DNA of 63,953 bases, filler included, from an uncultured bacterium (lineage in GTDB: Bacteria > B130-G9): the NCBI GenBank assembly GCA_965372715.1. It is 3 parts of 3 records of this genome, joined end to end, with 100 filler letters (N's around TTAATTAATTAA, not from the genome) between each part and the next. Parts side by side here need not be neighbours in the genome. Positions count along the whole stretch, not along the records: positions 56,939 to 63,953 come from CBDVDH010000089.1; 2 more parts are not named here. The stretch is one strand, 5' to 3'. Made by a program: the position numbers and the translations under genes. Positions 57,205-63,953 of this stretch are shown piece by piece (within the stretch, counting starts at the first letter, position 1; every line of letters starts with the position of its first letter). The notes beneath the pieces are model-generated. The model saw only the letters and a list, made by a program, of their open reading frames with translations, was not told the DNA's origin and did no database searches.

Positions 57205-59610
57205 ATGCATCGAGCTGACAGACAATTTCTTTTGACGACGATCTTTGTGCTCTGCACTTTGGTCGTCACGCTTGCGACGATGTTCGCGCACGCCGATCAC
57301 TTCTATGTCTCAACGAGCGGTAGCGACACGACCGGAGATGGCAGCGAAGGCTACCCGTGGCGGACGATAACCTACGCCCTAGAAGATAGAATGGTGTTTG
57401 AAAGAGACACAAATGGAAATCCAGGAACGGCTGATGACCCGCATATCATCCACGTCGCGCCGGGAACATACACTTACGAGACCGGTGCTGAGAACAACGA
57501 GAGTTTCCCGATCAACTGGTCCGACGGCATGCTGGAGCACGTTTGGGTTCTCGGCGACGACCGCGATACGACGATTGTGGATTACGGCCAATGGTCTGAT
57601 GACCATGAGGATGACGAGGAATTAGGGATATTCGAGGCCATAGGCGTCTCCGGGTATCTCGACGATGTGACCATATCGACCCTCACCATTAGGGGCGGAG
57701 AAAGCACCTACGACGGTGCGGGTGTCTATGCAGCCAGAGCGGACGTGACAGTCCATAATTGCCTTATAGAAGGCGGGGACAGCACGCAAAAGGGAGGCGG
57801 CTTACATGTAGGCAGCGAGCATTACGGAGCCGGCGATCTGGTCGTCACAGGCTGCACAATTCAGAGCAACACAGCAAATCACGGTGGGGGCATCTCAGCC
57901 TGGCAGGGCTCAACTCTTGAAGTCGTGAATTGCCTCATCTACGACAACGAGGCTTATTACGATGCGCCACCGACCGGTAGCGGCGGCGGCGATGGCGGTG
58001 GCATCTACATGGAGAGCTGCGGCGACGACTGCCTGATCCGGGATTGCGACATCCTCGAGAACAAGGCTGAATGGGATCACGGCAAAGGCGGGGGCATATA
58101 TCTCAAGGACTCCAGCCCGCACATCGCACACAACAATATCCGAGCCACTGCCGCCAATCGATGGACAGGTCCTGGCAACACTGCCTACGTTGGCGCCGCG
58201 ATTTACATGATGGGGGATTCCGACCCGTGGATCTACGGCTGGAACGAGATAGCCGAGAACTGGGCGGCAGTGAATGGTGGTGGCCTTTACGTGCTCGGTT
58301 CGGGGTGCCAGCCACTCATTGAGGGCAACGAGTTCTTCAAGAATTGGGCGTATGATGGCCACGGAGGCGCTATCTACAGCAGTTTGTCAAACATGGAGGT
58401 CAAGAACAACTGGATCGGCTGGAACAAAGCCAACGGAAGTGGCGGCGGCATATACTGTGTGGAGGGTACCGGTTCAGACCACGTGATCTGCGATATCAAC
58501 TGGATTCACAGCAATGAGGCCGACACAACGGGCGGCGGAATATGTTTCTTGAACGGCGATGCCAACACCACACTGTCGAACAACAACTTCTTCCGGAACA
58601 TTGCGGCCTCCGGCGGAGATGGTGTCCACCTTGAGCAATCAGCCGGCATCTCGTTAGAGAATAACGGTGTCTGGGACAACGACGGCGAGGGTATCCGCGT
58701 TGACGGCGGAACCGCCACGCTGTTCAACAACCTGGTCTTCTCGAGCAGCTCCAACGATGACCAGGCTGTTGGGGTTTACGTGAGAGGTTCGGCTAGCCTT
58801 ACAATTAGGAACCTGACCATAGCAGACCACAGCGATGCGGGCCTGAAGGCCGATGCTGGGAGCAGCGCTAATATCTGGCTTTACGACTGCATCATCTGGG
58901 ATAATACGACCAGCATCGACGTAGGAGGGGCCACCGTAGAGGTCTTTTACACCGACATCCAGGGTGGCTGGAGCGGAACTGGGTCCAACAACAAGAACCA
59001 GGACCCGCTGTTTGTGGGTCTGCCTGGGGCTCTTGGGAATCCCGATGGTTATTTCCTCAGCCAGACGGCGGCAGGACAAGCTTCTGACAGCCCTTGCGTT
59101 GACGCTGGTTCTGTTAGCGCCTCGACGTATTTCACCGGCACCGATTACTGCACGCGGACGGACGCCGTGAACGATACCGGCCAGGTTGACATGGGCTATC
59201 ACTACCTTCACGAGGGCGCGACCTACATCGAGCTCGAAGCGTTCGAGGCGAAGGGCCTCAACGAGAAGGTGCTCATAACCTGGACCACAGGGACGGAAAT
59301 CGACAACGCCGGGTTCGACATCTACAGGAAAGAGGACGGCGGCGCCGACTTGGTGAACGTGAACGCCTCGCTCATACCGGCGCAGGGCACACTTGGAGGC
59401 GGAGCGTCGTATTCGTTCGTAGATGCGAACGTCGAGAGTGGAACCAAGTATCTGTATTACCTCGTTGACATCGACGTGAACGGGAGGACGACGGCTCACG
59501 GCCCAGTGAGCGCGGCTCCGTATTCACTTCGCCTTCCGTCGCTCCATGGGGGCGACGGAGGGGCGCGGGAGAACGCCGCGCCGATGATGACTAAGCTGAG
59601 CGTTAGATAG
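57205..59610 (+). CDS. Secreted right-handed beta-helix protein (DUF1565/pectin-lyase-like) with C-terminal Ig-like module
   Basis: GGAGG RBS before M57205; YVS..GSD..GDGS...PW.TI..A; N.A..GGGI repeats; DPLF, SPCVD.G, DMGYHY. Confidence 0.85.
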   Translation: MHRADRQFLLTTIFVLCTLVVTLATMFAHADHFYVSTSGSDTTGDGSEGYPWRTITYALEDRMVFERDTNGNPGTADDPHIIHVAPGTYTYETGAENNESFPINWSDGMLEHVWVLGDDRDTTIVDYGQWSDDHEDDEELGIFEAIGVSGYLDDVTISTLTIRGGESTYDGAGVYAARADVTVHNCLIEGGDSTQKGGGLHVGSEHYGAGDLVVTGCTIQSNTANHGGGISAWQGSTLEVVNCLIYDNEAYYDAPPTGSGGGDGGGIYMESCGDDCLIRDCDILENKAEWDHGKGGGIYLKDSSPHIAHNNIRATAANRWTGPGNTAYVGAAIYMMGDSDPWIYGWNEIAENWAAVNGGGLYVLGSGCQPLIEGNEFFKNWAYDGHGGAIYSSLSNMEVKNNWIGWNKANGSGGGIYCVEGTGSDHVICDINWIHSNEADTTGGGICFLNGDANTTLSNNNFFRNIAASGGDGVHLEQSAGISLENNGVWDNDGEGIRVDGGTATLFNNLVFSSSSNDDQAVGVYVRGSASLTIRNLTIADHSDAGLKADAGSSANIWLYDCIIWDNTTSIDVGGATVEVFYTDIQGGWSGTGSNNKNQDPLFVGLPGALGNPDGYFLSQTAAGQASDSPCVDAGSVSASTYFTGTDYCTRTDAVNDTGQVDMGYHYLHEGATYIELEAFEAKGLNEKVLITWTTGTEIDNAGFDIYRKEDGGADLVNVNASLIPAQGTLGGGASYSFVDANVESGTKYLYYLVDIDVNGRTTAHGPVSAAPYSLRLPSLHGGDGGARENAAPMMTKLSVR

Positions 59611-59667
59611 ATCAATCAATAGCACGAAGAACAAACCGCTTCTAACAGAAAAAGGAGAAGAGTGAAG

Positions 59668-59790
59668 ATGAGGACCGAGAGAACTACTTATGAGGCGCCG
59701 AGTGTGATCACCTTGGGGAGCAGCGAGCTTATTTCACAGCTTGGACCGTCGTTGTCATGCACCGGCTTCGGGGGCTCGGTGAGTTGCTAG
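59668..59790 (+). CDS. 40-aa peptide resembling a RiPP precursor (absent from ORF track)
   Basis: AAGGAG RBS; MRTERTTYEAPSVITLGSSELISQLGPSLSCTGFGGSVSC; fills the gap between two co-oriented genes; alternative GTG start at 59662. Confidence 0.7.
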   Translation: MRTERTTYEAPSVITLGSSELISQLGPSLSCTGFGGSVSC

Positions 59791-59833
59791 GTAAGAAGAA
59801 GCTCAGCACCGCTTCGTAGGACAAGGAGATAAC

Positions 59834-61633
59834 ATGTTGATAAGAAGAGAGATACTGACGACATTCCTGTCAGTCCTGCTGATGCTCATCACCATCGGCT
59901 ACCTTAGTGCGGCTGACTACTACGTCTGCGTTGGCGGGTTGGGCGCAGAGGATGGCTCCGATTGGGCCAACGCTTTTGCCAAAATACAGGACGCTGTAGG
60001 CGCCTGTGTCAGCGGGGCTGACAAGATACATGTGGCCCATGGGACGTATAAGAGCGTTGGCGATGGTGGGGATCAGACGTACCCGATAAGCATCGATACC
60101 AAGACAGGCGTTGCCATGTTGGGCTACGGCGAGCGCTATTATGGCCCGTGGCTTCAGTGCGATGGCCAGAGCAGGGTGATCGTTATCAAAGACTCCAGCG
60201 ACATCGTGGTCAGGAACTTCAAGGTGTCCGACGGGGCCGCAGCCGGCGATGGGGGCGGCATCTACGTGAGCTACAGCGACGACATTCTGCTGGAGCACCT
60301 GGAAGTTACTGAGAACACGTGTAATGGAGAGAGTACAAACTATACAGGAAACGGCGGCGGCATGGCTTTCGATTACAGCACGGTTGACGTTCTCGGCTGT
60401 TGTATTTGGAAGAACTATGCCTTTGTGCACACAGACGGATACGGTGGAAACGGCGGAGCGATTGCCCTGTTCAACCCAGACCTGGCATCGGCCGACAGGG
60501 GCTACTACATCAGAGACTGCTGCATATTCTGGAATCAGGCAGACATTGCTGGCGGCGCGCTCTTCCTGTCGGGAGACGACGGCTACACCGTGATCGAGAA
60601 CAACCTGATCCGCCAGAACTGCGTCAGCACGTCCGGTGAAGTAGGCGCAGGCATCCACTGCGACTGTGCGAAGAGCTACATTAGGAACAACACTGTGGCA
60701 GACAACTACTACTGCGAGGACGCTGCGAACCACGGCACTCCGCCTAAATGGGGGCATTTCCTTGATGGCTCGACGCCACAGACAAATGTGTATGGGATTT
60801 GGGGTTGCCAGACTACCACATTCTGGATGAAGGGAATCCACAACATCGTGTATTTCAATGGCCCTCCGACGTTCGATGACTGGAACATCTGGGCCCCCAC
60901 GATAACCGTGCGATACTCGGACGTCGATATGGTCTCCACATCGCCCTATCCGGGGACAGGCAACATCGATCAGGACCCGCTGTTTGAGGGTGAGGAGGAC
61001 GAAAGGCCGTGCAACTCCACGTTCTACTTCCTGTCCGAGAACAGTCCCTGCATCGACAAGGGGATTCCCGATGATGACGACCCCTGGGAAACCGGCGTGA
61101 CACACTGCGGCTTGGTGAATACTCACTCAGGCACGTGTAACAAGAACACCCATTACAGCGTTCACCAGGATGGCTCCGCGGACCTCGACTACTATTGCGA
61201 TGACGCGGATTGCAGGCCTGACGACGAGACATACAAGATCGACCTGGGGTATCACTACGATCACCAAGGGATGAACTACATTGAGCTGGCCTCGTTCGAT
61301 GTTGACGCTCATGCCGACAAGGTGGTTGTGAAGTGGGAGACTGCGACGGAGATAAAAAACGCCGGCTTTTTGGTGTATCGCTGCGATGGTGAGGCTAGTG
61401 ACTGCAAAAAAGTCAGCGGCTTCATCCCTGCAAAGGGCGCGGCAGTCTCGGGTGCCGAGTACTCATTCACCGACGCCAATGTAGTGTCAGGCGCAACCTA
61501 TTACTACTATTTGGTTGACATCGACACTAGCGGCAAGTGGACGGCTCACGGCCCGGTCGTGGCCACAATCCCAATCAAGTTCGCCGTCCCGCTTCTGCAA
61601 TTGAACATGGTCAACGGACTGGCGGCGAGGTAG
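59834..61633 (+). CDS. Secreted Cys-rich right-handed beta-helix protein with the same C-terminal module
   Basis: AGGAG RBS; YYV...DGSDWANAF..IQDA; GGG repeats; DPLF, SPCID.G, DLGYHY, YIEL.SF...W.T..E..NAGF. Confidence 0.85.
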   Translation: MLIRREILTTFLSVLLMLITIGYLSAADYYVCVGGLGAEDGSDWANAFAKIQDAVGACVSGADKIHVAHGTYKSVGDGGDQTYPISIDTKTGVAMLGYGERYYGPWLQCDGQSRVIVIKDSSDIVVRNFKVSDGAAAGDGGGIYVSYSDDILLEHLEVTENTCNGESTNYTGNGGGMAFDYSTVDVLGCCIWKNYAFVHTDGYGGNGGAIALFNPDLASADRGYYIRDCCIFWNQADIAGGALFLSGDDGYTVIENNLIRQNCVSTSGEVGAGIHCDCAKSYIRNNTVADNYYCEDAANHGTPPKWGHFLDGSTPQTNVYGIWGCQTTTFWMKGIHNIVYFNGPPTFDDWNIWAPTITVRYSDVDMVSTSPYPGTGNIDQDPLFEGEEDERPCNSTFYFLSENSPCIDKGIPDDDDPWETGVTHCGLVNTHSGTCNKNTHYSVHQDGSADLDYYCDDADCRPDDETYKIDLGYHYDHQGMNYIELASFDVDAHADKVVVKWETATEIKNAGFLVYRCDGEASDCKKVSGFIPAKGAAVSGAEYSFTDANVVSGATYYYYLVDIDTSGKWTAHGPVVATIPIKFAVPLLQLNMVNGLAAR

Positions 61634-61734
61634 TAGGTGATTTAGGGCCAACGCTTTCCTGTGGTGGGCAAACGGCGCGAATGGTCGTTAGCTGGTCGTG
61701 CTGATTGCCTACCCGTGGTTTTGAGAGAATTGAG

Positions 61735-61776
61735 AAAAGGGTCAGCCCTCAGACAGGATTGGCCCTTTTTCTTTTT
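61735..61776 (+). terminator. Intrinsic terminator
   Basis: AAAAGGGTCAGCCCT-loop-AGGATTGGCCCTTTT followed by TCTTTTT. Confidence 0.75.
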
Positions 61777-61888
61777 GTGAGGCTGGTCCTTAGACCCTCG
61801 GTCCCCGCTTTAGCGACCTGCCTCGCGGGTCTTTTTTGAGCTTTGCCGCCGCTCCTGAAGCCTGGCCTCGCAATTGGGTGCCGGGGTC

Positions 61889-61963
61889 GTAGAGGCGGTG
61901 CTTGCCCCGCCCTTCATACGTTCGGTCACCATCAGAAGAGGGCGGAGCAAGCACCGCCCCTAC
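61889..61963. repeat. GTAG-type REP doublet (family A)
   Basis: GTAGAGGCGGTGCTTGCCCCGCCCT...AGGGCGGAGCAAGCACCGCCCCTAC. Confidence 0.85.
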
Positions 61964-61993
61964 AGACCAATACCGACTTGTTGAAGAACCTCT

Positions 61994-62881
61994 TTAATCG
62001 GCTGATGGGCCAACAGGTTGTCTGTTGATTAGGCGCACCTTCATCTCGACCTTATCAATGGGATTGTCCTGGCTGTCCCTCTTCAATGCGGTGATCTTAT
62101 CGACTATGTCCATGCCCCCGATCACTTTGCCGAAGGCGGTGTATTTGTGGTCTAGGTGCGGCAGTCTTTCCAGACAGATGAAGAACTGGCTGCCGGCGCT
62201 GTTGGGATCGGGGCCCCTTGCCATCGAAAGAACTCCACGCTCATGTTTCGTCTCGTTGAACTCAGCGGGAATCGTCCATCCTGGGCCGCCTTGCCCGTCA
62301 TTTAAGCGGTCATCGTCTCTGGAATTGGGGTCGCCGCCCTGAATCACAAAGCGGGGAACCACCCTGTGGAATGCCGTCCCGTCGTAGAACCCGGAGCGAG
62401 CAAGCTTCTTGAAGTTCTCAACCGTCTTGGGGGCAGCGTCAGGGAAGAACTGTAGATAAATCGTCCCGAATCTGGTCTCGATCTCCGCAACCTCTTCGAG
62501 TATACGCGTTTGTGGCATCTTCTCCGGCTGCGCCTCGTCCAACTTCGGTTTCCTCATCGGTGCAGGCTCCAGCGACCGCGTGGCGCGCACGTCAGTCTTG
62601 GCGTCGCCGCGAACCGTCCTAAGCATGGGCCTCTCCTTCAACGCCAGCTCAGTCAGTTTCTTGAGCTGCCTCATCTCCTTCTCTTTTGTCTCGTCGGCCA
62701 CGGTCTCGAGCCTCGGTTGTGTCTTCTCTTCCCTTGGGGTCTCGAGTTTCCGCGTTTCTTGCTTCGCCGCCTGACCCTCCTCTTGCTCGCCGCAGCCAAT
62801 CAGAGCACCCATGGCGAATGCGCTGACTAATGCGCATCCAAGGCAGGCAAAAACACGTCGCCTCGATTTCGTCTTAAACAT
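61994..62881 (-). CDS. Cyclophilin-type peptidyl-prolyl isomerase, lipoprotein
   Basis: Lipobox LIGC; APKTVENF, FYDG..FHRV..FVIQGGDP, SMAR, SAGSQFFI. Confidence 0.92.
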   Translation of the reverse strand: MFKTKSRRRVFACLGCALVSAFAMGALIGCGEQEEGQAAKQETRKLETPREEKTQPRLETVADETKEKEMRQLKKLTELALKERPMLRTVRGDAKTDVRATRSLEPAPMRKPKLDEAQPEKMPQTRILEEVAEIETRFGTIYLQFFPDAAPKTVENFKKLARSGFYDGTAFHRVVPRFVIQGGDPNSRDDDRLNDGQGGPGWTIPAEFNETKHERGVLSMARGPDPNSAGSQFFICLERLPHLDHKYTAFGKVIGGMDIVDKITALKRDSQDNPIDKVEMKVRLINRQPVGPSAD

Positions 62882-63011
62882 CTCTCTCCTCCTGTTGGTT
62901 ACCTCAAGATATGAAACTGTCGTATCACATAGTATAACAATTGACAAAGCAATCGCAGCCAGAAAAAATGGTCTTTCCGCCCGACAGAGTGATTTGCGGA
63001 AAGCCCCCGGC

Positions 63012-63836
63012 TCAGAACATGATTGCCGTCAAAAAATAGTCGGCCGCGATTATGAGCATTGCGGACGCAACGACTGCCGTAGTAGTTGCTTTGCCAACGC
63101 CCTCCGCGCCTCCTCTAGCGTAGAAGCCTGTATAGCAGCTAACTAGTGCAAGTATCAGCCCGAAAAAGGCTGCCTTGATCAGGCCGTTGAAAAGGTCATC
63201 GACGTCGGAATGCAGCACAGCGTTACGGGTGAAGAGCACTGGATTGACCCCCAAGAGATGAACCGAGACCAGGTAACCGCCCAAAATGCCGCAGAAATTG
63301 GCGATGCCCGTCAGAAGCGGCACCATGATAACGCTGGCCCAAACCCTCGGGACCACGAGGTATTTTATCGGCTCAACGGCCAGTGTGCGCAGCGCGTCTA
63401 TTTGCTCTGTCACGCGCATCGACGCTAGCTCTGCGGCCATGCTCGAGCCAGCCCGCGCAGCGACCATCAAGCTCGTCAGGACCGGCCCGAGCTCCCTGAA
63501 CATCCCGAGCGTCACGACGATGCCGATATAGGCTTCCGCCCCGACAGGCTCAAGCCCGTGGTGCGTTTGAAGCGCCAGCACCATGCCCGTGAAACCACCG
63601 GTGAGCATGACAACAGCCGTTGATTTGACCCCCACGAACTCCATCTGCTTCAACAAGAGACGCCACGGGAAAGGAGGCACAAATGACCACACGACGAACT
63701 TCACGAGCATCACAAGCACGCTGCCGAGCTGGTCGAGAGCCCTGAGTATCCGGTGCCCCAAAAACTCAAGAGGATATAAGAACCCTTTGAAAACCGCTTT
63801 CTGTTTTTCTCTGCTAGACAAGCGCTCAAGCTCCAT
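63012..63836 (-). CDS. mlaE: MlaE family lipid ABC transporter permease
   Basis: FTGMVLALQ, RELGPVL, AELASMRVTEQIDAL, GGAEGVGKATT. Confidence 0.92.
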   Translation of the reverse strand: MELERLSSREKQKAVFKGFLYPLEFLGHRILRALDQLGSVLVMLVKFVVWSFVPPFPWRLLLKQMEFVGVKSTAVVMLTGGFTGMVLALQTHHGLEPVGAEAYIGIVVTLGMFRELGPVLTSLMVAARAGSSMAAELASMRVTEQIDALRTLAVEPIKYLVVPRVWASVIMVPLLTGIANFCGILGGYLVSVHLLGVNPVLFTRNAVLHSDVDDLFNGLIKAAFFGLILALVSCYTGFYARGGAEGVGKATTTAVVASAMLIIAADYFLTAIMF

Positions 63837-63953
63837 ACTGCACATTCAGATGTGCGTTCGAGTTTAACAGACCTTGTGCCAAAAACTCAAAACGCAACAC
63901 TCGAAAAATCAGATTGACGCCGGCGGCTCTGGCCTTTTGGAGTGCGGCGGCTT

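Noticed and set aside
59668-59790. Calling the small peptide a lasso peptide
   Set aside because: No Asp/Glu acceptor in the core, no Thr at -2, no cyclase nearby.
59870-61126. 418-aa minus-strand ORF and similar long shadow ORFs (12807-13664, 27765-28673, 58654-59499)
   Set aside because: Antisense to well-supported genes, no motifs; expected in GC-rich DNA.
63866-63881. Minus-strand sigma-54-like TGGCAC upstream of mlaE
   Set aside because: The -12 element reads CTGT, lacking the conserved GC.

Overview
GC-rich bacterial draft or MAG sequence made of three contigs joined by artificial N44-TTAATTAATTAA-N44 linkers (contigs 1-29136, 29237-56838, 56939-63953), so adjacency across the linkers means nothing. 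It is a diderm, LPS-producing organism (MsbA, two GT9 heptosyltransferases, MlaD/MlaE, TonB receptor, secretin) with some FCB-like traits; taxonomy cannot be fixed from this window. Contig 1 holds a decayed group II intron end, a gingipain-like C25 protease, gltX, msbA, mlaD, a repeat beta-propeller protein, rarA, Trm112-like and GT9 genes, a DUF4160/DUF2442 TA pair, clpP-tig, a cobalamin riboswitch-btuB-propeller operon, a CfrBI-like R-M pair, an FAD oxidoreductase and waaC. Contig 2 holds a sigma-54 activator with two -24/-12 promoters and a candidate enhancer motif, then a complete but non-canonical type IV pilus locus whose five pilin-like genes cannot encode a standard class III leader peptide and whose PilM/N and PilO/P appear fused; after it come a GT-C glycosyltransferase, misc. 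enzymes, a GT4 and a PAS kinase. Contig 3 holds two secreted beta-helix proteins with a shared C-terminal module flanking an unannotated 40-aa RiPP-precursor-like peptide, then a cyclophilin and mlaE. Intergenic DNA is dense with REP-like palindromes, nested repeats and a MITE. Top leads: the leaderless-pilin T4P system with its sigma-54 circuit, and the orphan YxxP-leader / C-x8-C peptide. All family assignments are from motif recognition, not database searches.
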